A DNA stretch of 64,000 bases from an uncultured Bacteroidota bacterium (GCA_963846585.1 CAWJWO010000018.1:427759-491758), one strand, 5' to 3'; shown: positions 45,575 to 56,110, counted from the first letter of the stretch. Notes: a model not told the origin generated them from the sequence alone. A program made the numbers and translations.

Positions 45575-47242
45575 TCACAGTGTATTGCCATTTATAAATT
45601 CAAACATAAATTCATACCACTTTCTGTTCATAAACCCGTTATGATGGTATCCTTCTTTAATTATAAGCCGGCAATTGTTATCATGCTTTTTCATTAAAGA
45701 ATCAAAATCGGTGGCCGTATATAAGGGATTAAACTCATCTTTTGTACCAAACAGGCAGAGAAACTTTGTATTAGCTTTTTTAATATTCTGTGTAGGAGAT
45801 AAAAGCCGTGGATCACATTTATTGTCCAGTTGATAATAAAACCAATTATCCTTTAACGGCTCAAAACATGGTGCTATTAATATGCAATTCTCAGGTTGTT
45901 CGCTTATTACTGAGTCTTCTTTCGGGTCGTTGAAATTTTTTATTAATGTTGCTGCTGCTGCTAAATGTCCTCCTGCTGACCAACCAATAGCCGTAAGATT
46001 ATCGGGGTCAATATTAAGGTTTCTGGCATTCCTGCGTGTCCATCGTATTGCTGATTTAACATCCTGCAGAGCTTCAACAGGTGTTGAATTGAACCTTCCT
46101 TTTATGCTATACTCAAAAGATATAGCAACAAAACCCTTTTCAGTAAAAAAACGGCAACAGTCAAAGAACTGCTCCGGCGAGCCTTCATACCACCCACCAC
46201 CAAAGAAACAACATACAACAGGTTGCTGTCCTTCGCTTTTTGTATCATGTTTAAAAATATACGCTTTTAAGTTGTACTTTTCCCGCTTTTTATATATTTC
46301 GACTTTAAAATCAGCATTTACCCTTTGATTTGATTTCAATATCAGTGAAATTTTATTTTTAAACATTGAACCTTCCCCCAGCTTATCTATTCTGGTAATT
46401 ATATCATCTGAATTGAAAAAACCATAGGATTTAATATGGTCAAGCAGGATTTGTTCAAGTACCATATTTTTAAGCTTCCAATCTTTAAATTCATTTTGTA
46501 CTATATCTAATTTAATATTTGTTAAAATATTATCTGTATAACCCTTTGAATTATCAAAAGCTGATAATTTGCCTTTGCCATCAATATATGTACCTGTAAA
46601 TTCTGAAAATTCAGTAATATATAGTAAACCAGGGTCATTAAAAGTTATCCGCGGAACAAAAGAATTAAAATTCTCGGGCAAAGTGTAACGTGTATGATTT
46701 ATAAGCGAATGATTAAATGCATATTCATAATATAATTTAGCCCTGATGCAATTTTCCCGCAGGTTTTCATATCTTTTAAACATTTCAGGCGCATTTTCTA
46801 TGTTTTTAACCATCTTAAACATAGAATCGATTTTTGATCGGAATATACCAAATTCACCTGCAAAGAGGTTTAATTTATCTATTTTATTTTTTATTGTGTC
46901 GAAGTACCGTTCATGGTTAATGATTTGTTCATTCAAATTTTTTTCATCACCGGATAATCTTACTTCGTGAGTTTTGTTATCAATTTCCAAATTGATCTTA
47001 TTACCGGGTTCGGCAAATATATTAATGTTAAAACCCAAATTAATATTAAAATAACTTCCACCTGATGCACAAGGTTCTTTTATTAAAAAATTACTTATAG
47101 AATCTGTTTTTAGCACTTTAATACATTTGCCGTTAACTGTTATAAATGAATTGGCATAATTTGTAATTTTACCTTTAATAACTACAGGCTTGTTACAAGA
47201 AAAGGATATTAAAGGGATTAACAGGATGAATATTTCCTTCAT
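45575..47242 (-). CDS. Alpha/beta-hydrolase (esterase/lipase) with ~330-aa N-terminal extension
   Basis: 555 aa. The C-terminal domain has the oxyanion motif FFGGGWYEGS and the nucleophile elbow GWSAGGH. The N-terminal region is beta-rich (DUF4369-like start) and of unknown function. Lipoprotein-like signal sequence ISFSC. Confidence 0.7.
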   Translation of the reverse strand: MKEIFILLIPLISFSCNKPVVIKGKITNYANSFITVNGKCIKVLKTDSISNFLIKEPCASGGSYFNINLGFNINIFAEPGNKINLEIDNKTHEVRLSGDEKNLNEQIINHERYFDTIKNKIDKLNLFAGEFGIFRSKIDSMFKMVKNIENAPEMFKRYENLRENCIRAKLYYEYAFNHSLINHTRYTLPENFNSFVPRITFNDPGLLYITEFSEFTGTYIDGKGKLSAFDNSKGYTDNILTNIKLDIVQNEFKDWKLKNMVLEQILLDHIKSYGFFNSDDIITRIDKLGEGSMFKNKISLILKSNQRVNADFKVEIYKKREKYNLKAYIFKHDTKSEGQQPVVCCFFGGGWYEGSPEQFFDCCRFFTEKGFVAISFEYSIKGRFNSTPVEALQDVKSAIRWTRRNARNLNIDPDNLTAIGWSAGGHLAAAATLIKNFNDPKEDSVISEQPENCILIAPCFEPLKDNWFYYQLDNKCDPRLLSPTQNIKKANTKFLCLFGTKDEFNPLYTATDFDSLMKKHDNNCRLIIKEGYHHNGFMNRKWYEFMFEFINGNTL

Positions 47243-47296
47243 GTTTATACATTTTTAAACCTTATTCCGATTCAAATTTCAATAAACTATTCGAAA

Positions 47297-49129
47297 TTAC
47301 TTATCAGGGGACTGATATTTTACTTTAAGTTCATCATACCACTTTTGCATAATAAAGAATGCCTTTTTCTTTTGTCCTTTATCCGAAACCAGGCCTTTTC
47401 GGTTGAAATCGTCCTGTAGGCCAGGCAAGAAGCGACGCGGGGATCGAAAATCTTTTAATATCCAGGGTGTTGTTCCTGCTAATCCGGGAATTCGTTTTAA
47501 CATATTTACACTATGTATATATAAATCTTCCTGGTAATCTTCGGTAAAACGGTCTGTTTTTGACCCTCGCATTCCGTAAACACATTCTCCGCCAAATTCA
47601 GTTATAATTACCGGCTTTTCTTCAGAAAAAGTCCATTCAACACGGTCGCATTTTTCCGGTAAGCCGTCGTACCAGCCAACATATTGATTGAAACTGATAA
47701 TATCGAACAATTTTCCTAAGGTGTCGTTGACGGTCATTAGTCCGGGTTTAATTTCTTCCTTTTCCAGTGCAGCACTAACAAACCTTATATTATCAATGCT
47801 TCTTGCTTTGGCAGCCAAACGGCTTAAAAAATTGAACCGCTCAGGACTTTGAGGGGTTTCATTGGCAATAGACCATATTATTATATTTGCCCTGTTTTTA
47901 TCCCGGGTAATAATATCTGAAAGCTGATTTTCAGAATTATTATATGTTTCCGGATTACTCCATTGAATGGTCCAATACACAGGTATTTCGGACCAAACCA
48001 TGATTCCCGCTTTTTCAGCCTGGCGGATCATTTGTTCATTGTGCGGATAATGTGCCAACCGGACAAAATTACATCCCATTTCTTTTGCCCATCCTAAAAG
48101 GATTGCATCTTCCTCGGCAGAATAGGCCCTGCCATTGCGAAATGCAGCTTCTTCGTGAATACATACTCCCCTGCAAAATATCTCCCTGCCATTGAGTAAA
48201 ATCTTTGTTCCTTTTGCCTCAATAGTCCTGAATCCAATTTCGTCGGATATTTTATCACTTTCTGAGGTAATTGAAACATTATACAATTTAGGATTCTCTG
48301 GGCTCCAATAAACTGGCATAACTTTTATTTCGAAAGCAGCATACCCGTTTTGGCCGGTAATTACCTCATGGCTTATCTTTAGCTCAGGAATGGCGATTCT
48401 CACCTTTTGAATATTTTGTATGCCGTCAAGCTGAACCCAGCCACTGATTTTGTTTTTATCGCCTTTTTTCAGTTGAATATAGTAATCACGTATAAAGGTA
48501 GAGGGAGTTTCAATTAAATAAACCTGGCGGGTAATACCACCATAATTCCACCAATCAGTGTTGATTGTCGGCACACCTTCCGGAATCCGCTTATTATCAG
48601 CTTTTACTACAATTGAATTTTCGCCTGGTTTTATCAGCCCTGTAACTTCAAAATTGAAAGGCGTAAAGCCCCCCACATGCTTGCCAATTTCTTTTCCGTT
48701 AAGAAATACAACAGCTTCGTAATTTACTGCACTAAAATACAGGAATTGACGATTGCCGGCAGCAGGTTTGTATTCGAAACGTTTCCTGTACCATACTGTA
48801 CCTTCATAATAGTATAATTCAGGTCTTTGTGTATTCCAATCACCTGGAACAGATAAAGTTTTGTCAGTAGCAAAGTTATACTCCTGAAGCGTGCTTTTAT
48901 CAACCCAGTCTTTATCTTTTCCAAATCCATCTTTCAGAGGAATTCTGCGATAATCATAATAACCTGTTTCATATGGATCAACTATTGTTTTCCATTTCCC
49001 GTCAAGCGATGTGGTATGTCGTCCATCTACATTAATAATTTGTGGATATAATTGACTATAAACTGTTAGTGAACTAATATTCAGCATAATAAATAAAGCT
49101 AATCTGGATATATAATTAAATCCTATCAT
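47297..49129 (-). CDS. Glycoside hydrolase family 2 (beta-glucuronidase/beta-galactosidase-like)
   Basis: 610 aa. Sugar-binding, Ig-like and TIM-barrel order, with acid/base WSIANE and nucleophile ITEFGG motifs. Signal peptide present. Confidence 0.8.
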   Translation of the reverse strand: MIGFNYISRLALFIMLNISSLTVYSQLYPQIINVDGRHTTSLDGKWKTIVDPYETGYYDYRRIPLKDGFGKDKDWVDKSTLQEYNFATDKTLSVPGDWNTQRPELYYYEGTVWYRKRFEYKPAAGNRQFLYFSAVNYEAVVFLNGKEIGKHVGGFTPFNFEVTGLIKPGENSIVVKADNKRIPEGVPTINTDWWNYGGITRQVYLIETPSTFIRDYYIQLKKGDKNKISGWVQLDGIQNIQKVRIAIPELKISHEVITGQNGYAAFEIKVMPVYWSPENPKLYNVSITSESDKISDEIGFRTIEAKGTKILLNGREIFCRGVCIHEEAAFRNGRAYSAEEDAILLGWAKEMGCNFVRLAHYPHNEQMIRQAEKAGIMVWSEIPVYWTIQWSNPETYNNSENQLSDIITRDKNRANIIIWSIANETPQSPERFNFLSRLAAKARSIDNIRFVSAALEKEEIKPGLMTVNDTLGKLFDIISFNQYVGWYDGLPEKCDRVEWTFSEEKPVIITEFGGECVYGMRGSKTDRFTEDYQEDLYIHSVNMLKRIPGLAGTTPWILKDFRSPRRFLPGLQDDFNRKGLVSDKGQKKKAFFIMQKWYDELKVKYQSPDK

Positions 49130-49244
49130 ACGTCCTTAGGTTAAAATTAACCTAAATGTAATAAAATTGTTTATTACATTTATATTATAAAACAAACATT
49201 AGCCAAACCTTACATTATAATACAATTAAGAGTTGAAAAATATA

Positions 49245-49370
49245 AACCACAAAGATCACAAAGGATTACACAAAGTAACACAAAGGAATAAATACTTAAA
49301 ATGATGAAATCAAGTATATTGTTTATTATCCTTTGTGTACCTTAGTGATTGACTTAGTGTACCTTTGTGG
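49245..49370. repeat. CACAAAG word-array hairpin R21
   Basis: Left: AACCACAAAGATCACAAAGGATTACACAAAGTAACACAAAGG. Right (complementary): CCTTTGTGTACCTTAGTGATTGACTTAGTGTACCTTTGTGG. Lies in the divergent GH2/GH5 intergenic region. Confidence 0.85.
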
Positions 49371-49426
49371 TAAAGCTAAATTTATCATTTGATTCTTAAT
49401 TCGCATTTATAATCAAAATTAAAAGA

Positions 49427-50770
49427 ATGAAAATAACTGCAGCATTAACAATTATTATAATGTTCCTATTGGGATTTAGAAGCCTGGCAAGCGCTCAAAA
49501 AATAACTGTGAAGGGGACAAAATTTTACAGGGATGGAAAAGAGATATGGTTTAACGGTGCAAATACCCCATGGGACAACTGGAACGATTTTGGCGGAAAA
49601 TACAACCATCAGTGGTGGGACTCTGCATTTAAATATATGCAAAAAGCCCATATTAATATGATAAGGGTATGGATAAGCTGTAATGGCAATGTTGCACCTA
49701 CCATAAACAGCGATGGTACGGTAACAGGAGTGATCCCTGCATTTTGGACAGATGTTGATGATCTTGAAGGTATTGCAAATAAATATCAAATATATGTACT
49801 GTCGACTTTGATGTCTTTTGATAATTTTCAAAATAATAACAGGGACTCTTCCAACTGGCGGAATATGCTTAACGATTCATCAAAAATAAGGACTTATATT
49901 AATAATTATATTATACCGTACGTCGAAAGATATGATACCAGTAAATATTTTTACGCTATTGATTTATGCAATGAACCGGAATGGATAAATCAAAACTCCG
50001 CTGACGGAAAATTGCCTTTAAAGGAAATACAAAGATTTGCAGCTATGTGTTCAGCTGCCATCCATAACAACAGTTCAAAACTGGTTACAATTGGCAGTGC
50101 ATGCGTAAAATGGAACAGTGACAATCCCGGTGGACAATTCATTGGCAATTGGTGGTCGGATGCCAACCTTAAAGCTGCTTATAATAATAACAGTTCAGTT
50201 TACCTTGATTTTTGGGAAACTCACTATTATAACTGGGTGTATCCATACTATGGGGCACCTTTCACCAAAACAATAAATGCCTATGGAATGACTAGTGACA
50301 GGCCAACTCTTGTCGGTGAGGGGCCAGGTAAAAATGATGAAAACCACACTATTATACAAATGTACCAGGATACCTGGGCAAACGGATTTGCAGGTTATTG
50401 CTCGTGGACTTCCAATGGCATCGATAAAAATGGTACCCTGTCAGAATTCGAACCAGGTACTGATACCTTTTTTACAAAGCATATGTTATTAATTTATCCT
50501 TCTTCGGTACCCGCCACAGGTGTGACAGTTTGTCCCTCAAAAGCGGCTATTGCTAAAAGCGGGACCCTGCACCTTACCGATACTGTATGGCCTTCAGGAT
50601 CAAGCCAGGCGGTTGAATGGTCCTCTGGCGATACCACAATTGCTAAAGTTGATATTTGGGGAACGGTAACTGCAGTAGCGCCCGGAAGTGTTAAAATAAC
50701 CGCAACATCAGCTGATGGAGGGTTTAAAGCAACCTCAGTTATAACTGTCTCTTCCGGATCCGAAAACTAA
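49427..50770 (+). CDS. GH5-like glycoside hydrolase (beta-mannanase-like) with C-terminal Big_2 domain
   Basis: 447 aa. Signal peptide, GKEIWFNGANTPWDNW, and the NEPEW (acid/base) motif. The C-terminal ~80 aa (GTLHLTDTVWPSGSSQAVEWSSGDTTIAKV...) is bacterial Ig-like group 2. Confidence 0.6.
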   Translation: MKITAALTIIIMFLLGFRSLASAQKITVKGTKFYRDGKEIWFNGANTPWDNWNDFGGKYNHQWWDSAFKYMQKAHINMIRVWISCNGNVAPTINSDGTVTGVIPAFWTDVDDLEGIANKYQIYVLSTLMSFDNFQNNNRDSSNWRNMLNDSSKIRTYINNYIIPYVERYDTSKYFYAIDLCNEPEWINQNSADGKLPLKEIQRFAAMCSAAIHNNSSKLVTIGSACVKWNSDNPGGQFIGNWWSDANLKAAYNNNSSVYLDFWETHYYNWVYPYYGAPFTKTINAYGMTSDRPTLVGEGPGKNDENHTIIQMYQDTWANGFAGYCSWTSNGIDKNGTLSEFEPGTDTFFTKHMLLIYPSSVPATGVTVCPSKAAIAKSGTLHLTDTVWPSGSSQAVEWSSGDTTIAKVDIWGTVTAVAPGSVKITATSADGGFKATSVITVSSGSEN

Positions 50771-50813
50771 TGGTGGGCGACTATATTAGAAGATAGCCAA
50801 TTATAAAATTAAA

Positions 50814-50965
50814 CACTGAGACACAGAGCCACAGAGAAATAAATTGAAATATATTTTTTTCTTTCCTCTTTCTTCTTTTATCTTTTATCTTTTATCTGTC
50901 GTCTGTCTTCTTTTTCACGTCCCTTTCACGTCCCATGTCTTGGCTCCTGGTTCCTGGTTCTTGAT
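50814..50965. repeat. Composite word-array element R22
   Basis: Ordered modules CACTGAGACACAGAGCCACAGAG / AAATAAATTGAAATATATTTTTTT / CTTTCCTCT / TTTTATC x3 / TGTCGTCTGTCTTC / CACGTCCCTTTCACGTCC / CTTGGCTCCTGGTTCCTGGTTC. It ends 7 nt from the wzc stop. Confidence 0.9.
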
Positions 50966-50972
50966 TCTATTT

Positions 50973-53348
50973 TCATATTCCCTGAAATATTCTCTTTATC
51001 ATCCGCTGTCTCCAGGTCGGCTTTTTATGATCAGAATAATAATCATTGTAAATATCACTATATCCATAGTTATAGCTGTATTTTTTCCCGTATGCATAAT
51101 ATGAATTCACTTTAACATCGTTGATGAGAATACCTATATTAGGTACATTTCTCTTGTTACTAAGCTCATCAACCAGGTACAGGACATCCCTCGGTGAATA
51201 ATTATGCCTTATTACAAAAATATTGGCATCCGAATACCTGCTAAGTAAAATAGCATCGGTTACAATGGCAATTGGCGGTGTATCAATTAAGATAAAATCA
51301 AATTCATTTTTTGCCCTCGTTATAAACTTTTCCATCAGTTCAGTATCAAGCAGTTCTGAAGGATTCGGCGGTATAGGCCCGGATACGGAGACGTATAAAT
51401 GATCAATATTGGTAGGTTTAATAATATCTTCATAAGACGTTTTCCCTATCAGGTATGTACTTAATCCCACCTTGTTATCAATATTAAATATCTTATGTAT
51501 TTTGGGTTTTCTAAGGTCAAGGCTTAAAAGCAAGGTCTTTTTTTGAGCCTGGGCCAAAATAGCTGCCAGATTTATTACACAGAACGTCTTCCCTTCACCG
51601 CTCATGGTAGAGGACATACAAATCACCTTTTTTTCTTTATCCCGTAATATATATTGCAAGTTTGTTCTTAAAGCCCTGAATGATTCAGCAATAGTAGACT
51701 TTGAGTTATCAGCTACCGGAATGTCAGAAGATTTATCGTTATGCCCGACCGATCCGAAAATAGGTACCTTGGTAAGTTTTTCAATAACTTTAACATCATT
51801 AATTTTATTATTAAAAAATTCTAAAAGAAATAGTATCGATAAAGGAAACAATAAACCCAATACTATTGCTACCATCTTATTTTTTGATTCCAGAGGGGCT
51901 ATTTGTACAGTACTATAGGCTGATGCTTCATCCAAAACTTTATTATCTGCCACATTTGAAGCTTTTGAAATGGCGGCTTCGGCTCTTTTTTGCAATAGAA
52001 AGTTATAAATCTGGTCGTTTAATTTAAAATCCCTTTGAATATTTAATAATCTGCGCTCAGTTACGGGTAATTTTTGCAATTCTTCTTCAATTGATGCTTC
52101 CTGGTTAGAAATTTCATTCAGGCTTATTTTTGCGGAATTAATTATTTCATTAATGTTTTCCTGTAACGCTTTCATAGTATTTTGAATCTTTGCATTCAGG
52201 AGGGTAAGACTTGGATTATCATCCTGAGCATTCATAATCAATATACTCCTTTCTGAATAAAGCCTGCTTAACTCAGTAATCAGGGAATTTAAAAGCGCAT
52301 CGCTAATACCCATTATGGCAGGTGCAATAACATCTTTAAAGTCTTTCCTTTTCTGTATATAGTCCTGTACATATTTGTAATATCTCAGCTGAATTTCAGC
52401 TGTCGCCCTGTCTTCCTGAACCTTTTCAAGTTTTGATTTAATTGCCGAACCCTCGGTTGTAAGATCAACTACTTTATTGTTTAACCTGAATATCTGAAGC
52501 TTATCCTCTGCTCTTCTTAATGAATCAACAACAGTCGATAATTGATTGTCGATAAAATTAATAGTATTAATAGCTGTCTGGTTTTTTTCCTCCAAACCCA
52601 TTCTTATATATACTTCCATTAATTTATTAATATAATCGGCCTCCATTTGAGGAACCAAACCGGTAGTGCTTAGAGTTAAAACTGTCCCTCTTTTATCGTT
52701 GGTCGCTATATTTAATTTATTCCGGTAATTGTTTGTAAGACTCCCTATATCATTAAATATAAAGAAATATTTATTTGTGTTGGAAGGCTCTTTTATATAA
52801 ACCTTAAAATTGAAATTACCATCACTATACCTCTCCTTAAACTTTAATATTTTACTTATTTTATGCTTACCATCAATCTCCAGTTTATATTCATCTTTTG
52901 ATAAAATAGTTATTTCTACCGGATATTCTTTCAAATTATATGAACCGGAATCCACCACTATATAAAAAGGAGCTGATTTATATTGCATTGGTTTTCTTAT
53001 AGTACCAACACTGAAATAACTAATGTCAAAATCCTTTAATTCCCGTAACGCCTTGCTTGCCATTTTATACGATTTAAGAATGGCAATTTCATTATCGATG
53101 TTTTTTCTTGCACTTAGCCTGTCAATAGAACTAATTAACACCTCAGCGGCAGATTTTTTTTCATCGTTAATAAGCAAGGTGGCACTTACACTGTATACAG
53201 GATCGGCATAATAATTAATAAAATAGGCAACTATATAAGCTATTGTCAGTGAAATAACAAACCAATACCATTTATTTAATATCTTATAAATAAATTTTCT
53301 AATATCAATGGCTTCTTCCGGTGAAGAATAATTCACTTGGTTTTCCAT
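50973..53348 (-). CDS. wzc: Polysaccharide co-polymerase / tyrosine autokinase (Wzc-like)
   Basis: 791 aa. Wzz-type N-terminal domain with 2 TM helices and a long coiled-coil, C-terminal BY-kinase with Walker A SGEGKT, and a Tyr-rich tail YYAYGKKYSYNYGYSDIYNDYY. Confidence 0.85.
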   Translation of the reverse strand: MENQVNYSSPEEAIDIRKFIYKILNKWYWFVISLTIAYIVAYFINYYADPVYSVSATLLINDEKKSAAEVLISSIDRLSARKNIDNEIAILKSYKMASKALRELKDFDISYFSVGTIRKPMQYKSAPFYIVVDSGSYNLKEYPVEITILSKDEYKLEIDGKHKISKILKFKERYSDGNFNFKVYIKEPSNTNKYFFIFNDIGSLTNNYRNKLNIATNDKRGTVLTLSTTGLVPQMEADYINKLMEVYIRMGLEEKNQTAINTINFIDNQLSTVVDSLRRAEDKLQIFRLNNKVVDLTTEGSAIKSKLEKVQEDRATAEIQLRYYKYVQDYIQKRKDFKDVIAPAIMGISDALLNSLITELSRLYSERSILIMNAQDDNPSLTLLNAKIQNTMKALQENINEIINSAKISLNEISNQEASIEEELQKLPVTERRLLNIQRDFKLNDQIYNFLLQKRAEAAISKASNVADNKVLDEASAYSTVQIAPLESKNKMVAIVLGLLFPLSILFLLEFFNNKINDVKVIEKLTKVPIFGSVGHNDKSSDIPVADNSKSTIAESFRALRTNLQYILRDKEKKVICMSSTMSGEGKTFCVINLAAILAQAQKKTLLLSLDLRKPKIHKIFNIDNKVGLSTYLIGKTSYEDIIKPTNIDHLYVSVSGPIPPNPSELLDTELMEKFITRAKNEFDFILIDTPPIAIVTDAILLSRYSDANIFVIRHNYSPRDVLYLVDELSNKRNVPNIGILINDVKVNSYYAYGKKYSYNYGYSDIYNDYYSDHKKPTWRQRMIKRIFQGI

Positions 53349-53364
53349 CTATTGGTTTATCTGG

Positions 53365-54153
53365 TTATTTTTTTGTTAAAGAATAAACTAAAATATATGT
53401 GGTAATGAGCGTAGTTAATAATGTTAAAAATGAAGTGTAATCTGTTAACTTAATTCTAAAAGCAGTATATTTCAATGGTTCCACGTAAATAACATCATTT
53501 GGCTGTACGAAAAATTTCTCTGACTTAAGCAGTCCCCGCTTCGTCAGGTCAATCCGGAAAGTTTTCAATCCTCCTCCTTCAGTAGACCTGACTATTAAAA
53601 TATTCTTCCTGTTCCCGTAATAAGTTATTTCACCTCCCAAAGCAATAGCCTCAAGTATGGTTGCCCTGTCATTAAAAATAGTAATCTGTCCGGGATGTCC
53701 AATTTCACCTAACATTGTAATTTTAAAACTAACCAGCTTAAGTTCAACCCTCGCATCTTTTATATACTGAACTGCTATCTTCTGTATATCTTCAGTTGCC
53801 TTATCAACAGTGTTCCCTCCAACAAGTACATCTCCTATTACAGGCAAATGAATAAATCCGTTTTTATCAATGGAATAACCTGTAAAATACATGTTGCCAC
53901 CTGATATTCCCATGGATGATTGTGAATTGCCGGAAGTTCCGTTTGAATTAAAAAGTTCCGAAACATTTTTATCAATACTTAATACGTTTACGTATAAAAT
54001 ATCAGCCGGTTGTAACTTATAAAGAGTCAGATTGGGTTTATACACCGTATCCTTCTCCCCACGCTTTGCCTGCAGGTATGTAATTTTTTTATATTCCCCG
54101 CATGAGGTTAATAATAAATATGTAACAGACACAATCCAGATTAATTTCTTCAT
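53365..54153 (-). CDS. wza: Polysaccharide export outer-membrane protein (Wza-like; Poly_export + SLBB)
   Basis: 262 aa. Lipobox LLTSC, the Poly_export motif YKLQPADILYVNV, an SLBB domain, and a C-terminal TM helix. Confidence 0.8.
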   Translation of the reverse strand: MKKLIWIVSVTYLLLTSCGEYKKITYLQAKRGEKDTVYKPNLTLYKLQPADILYVNVLSIDKNVSELFNSNGTSGNSQSSMGISGGNMYFTGYSIDKNGFIHLPVIGDVLVGGNTVDKATEDIQKIAVQYIKDARVELKLVSFKITMLGEIGHPGQITIFNDRATILEAIALGGEITYYGNRKNILIVRSTEGGGLKTFRIDLTKRGLLKSEKFFVQPNDVIYVEPLKYTAFRIKLTDYTSFLTLLTTLITTYILVYSLTKK

Positions 54154-54297
54154 AAAATATAACTATCAATATAGCATTTATCTATACAATTTATAAATTT
54201 ATCTTACCTCAAATTCAATAAATTCAAAATTAAAATAAATTCAAATTAAATTACTGTTTCAGCTAATATATTTAAATTAGAGCAAAAATAGAATTTT

Positions 54298-54888
54298 ATG
54301 TTTTCAGGTATTGTAGAAGAAGCTGCCACAGTAGTATCAATTGAAAAAGACCGTGATAATTTGAATATTACCCTGTCCTGTTCTTTTGTTAACGAACTAA
54401 AAACCGATCAAAGCTTATCTCATAACGGGGTTTGTCTTACAGTTGTTAAAAAAGATACAAATACATACACTGTAACAGCTATTGCAGAAACACTTTTAAA
54501 ATCAAATTTGGGCATAGTCATTACGGGCGATAAAGTTAACGTTGAACGAAGCATGAAATTAAATGACAGGCTGGACGGTCATCTTGTACTGGGACATGTA
54601 GATCAAACTGCCGTTTGTAAAAAAGTAATTGAAGTGGAAGGCAGCTGGTATTATACATTTTCGTACGATCCTTCCACAAACAATATAACTGTGGAAAAAG
54701 GTTCTATAACGGTTAACGGGGTTAGTTTAACGGTTGTTAATTCACAAAATGGCTCCTTTCAGGCAGCAATTATCCCATACACCTATTATCACACTAATTT
54801 TCAGCAAATAAAGCCAGGAAATATAGTTAACCTCGAATTCGATATCATTGGTAAGTATGTGGCCCGGTTATTGTCATCTGTTAAGTAG
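54298..54888 (+). CDS. ribE: Riboflavin synthase alpha chain
   Basis: 196 aa. Starts MFSGIVEE, with duplicated lumazine-binding repeats (SLSHNGVCLTV / ITVNGVSLTV). Confidence 0.9.
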   Translation: MFSGIVEEAATVVSIEKDRDNLNITLSCSFVNELKTDQSLSHNGVCLTVVKKDTNTYTVTAIAETLLKSNLGIVITGDKVNVERSMKLNDRLDGHLVLGHVDQTAVCKKVIEVEGSWYYTFSYDPSTNNITVEKGSITVNGVSLTVVNSQNGSFQAAIIPYTYYHTNFQQIKPGNIVNLEFDIIGKYVARLLSSVK

Positions 54889-54998
54889 TTTGTTACCTGA
54901 TAGATCCAAGAGCCAAGAACCAGGAGCCAAGATAGAAAACAGAAGACAGAGGAAAGAAAAAATATATATTTCAATTGATTTCTCTGTGCCTCTGTGTT
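54886..54998. repeat. Composite word-array element R23 (inverted relative to R22)
   Basis: CCAAGAGCCAAGAACCAGGAGCCAAGA / AGAAAACAGAAGACAGAGG / AAAGAAAAAATATATATTTCAATTGATTTCTCTGTGCCTCTGTGTTTAG. It is the reverse complement of the R22 module order, lacking the CACGTCC block. Confidence 0.9.
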
Positions 54999-55027
54999 TA
55001 GTTTCTTATGTGAAGATATAAAAAATA

Positions 55028-56068
55028 ATGAAATCATTGACTCCAAAACAAGTAGCCATTTACATTGCTATAGTTGCTGTAATAGTATTTCTTTTACTGC
55101 TTTTAATATCATTGTCACTTCCTACGAGAATAATGCTTATAACCAGCCTGTTATCAGCAAGTATTTTGTTCTGTTGTGTTTATTTTTTTTCCCGGCATAT
55201 CCTTATTGAATTTATTATTGAAAAAATTAATCCAATATACAGGACTCTTCATAATATTAATATTCAAAACAAAGAAAAAAAGGAGTACCTTGAGGGTAAA
55301 GATATTATAACAGAAATAAGGAATGATGTTTCGGCATGGACAAATAATAAATCACAGGAAATTGCACAGCTGAAAGAACTCGAAAAATACCGGAAAGAGT
55401 TTTTAGGAAATGTATCACATGAACTCAAAACACCCATTTTTAATATTCAGGGATATATTTTAACACTTCTTGATGGCGGCCTCGAGGACCCTGCCATTAA
55501 CCGTTTGTACCTCGAACGTACTGAAAAAAGCATAAACCGTATGATTAATATTGTTGAAGATCTTGAATCAATTTCAAGGCTCGAATCAGGGGAACTTAAG
55601 CTGCAATTTGAAGATATAAATATTATAAGTTTAGTGGAAGATGTATTCGAAATGCAGGAAATGCTTGCTAAAAATCTGAAAATTAAACTTTCTTTCGGAG
55701 CAAATTACGATAAACCAATTAAAGTAAAAGCCGATAAAAAAAAGATTACAGAAGTTCTTAATAATCTTATCGTAAATTCAATTAAATATGGAAAGAAAAA
55801 TGGAAAAACTACCATTACTTTCATTGATATCGGTGAACAGGTACTAATTGAAGTTACTGATAACGGGATTGGAATAGCAGAAAAAGATTTATCCAGAATA
55901 TTTGAACGTTTTTACAGAACTGATAAAAGCAGGTCGCGCGACCTTGGAGGCACGGGCCTGGGATTATCAATTGCCAAGCATATTATGGAAGCTCATAATC
56001 AAACTATTCAGGTGAGGTCAAAAATTGGGGAGGGCTCTACGTTTACATTAACCCTAAATAAATCTTAA
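55028..56068 (+). CDS. Sensor histidine kinase (2 TM, HisKA + HATPase_c)
   Basis: 346 aa. H-box FLGNVSHELKTPIF, N-box LNNLIVNSIKY, G-boxes DNGIGI and GGTGLGLSIAKH. No adjacent response regulator. Confidence 0.85.
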   Translation: MKSLTPKQVAIYIAIVAVIVFLLLLLISLSLPTRIMLITSLLSASILFCCVYFFSRHILIEFIIEKINPIYRTLHNINIQNKEKKEYLEGKDIITEIRNDVSAWTNNKSQEIAQLKELEKYRKEFLGNVSHELKTPIFNIQGYILTLLDGGLEDPAINRLYLERTEKSINRMINIVEDLESISRLESGELKLQFEDINIISLVEDVFEMQEMLAKNLKIKLSFGANYDKPIKVKADKKKITEVLNNLIVNSIKYGKKNGKTTITFIDIGEQVLIEVTDNGIGIAEKDLSRIFERFYRTDKSRSRDLGGTGLGLSIAKHIMEAHNQTIQVRSKIGEGSTFTLTLNKS

Positions 56069-56110
56069 GTAGTAAGGTTTAAAAGTTTATAAACATTACA
56101 ATTTTTACAT

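Noticed and set aside
54154-54297. FMN riboswitch upstream of ribE
   Set aside because: The 144-nt leader is extremely AT-rich (AATTCAA-type repeats) and lacks the conserved GC-rich FMN aptamer helices. No riboswitch is called.
55028-56068. Naming the histidine kinase PorY, the cognate kinase of PorX
   Set aside because: It is a generic HisKA/HATPase kinase 41 kb from porX, and I know of no diagnostic PorY motif to check by eye. It is left as an unassigned sensor kinase.
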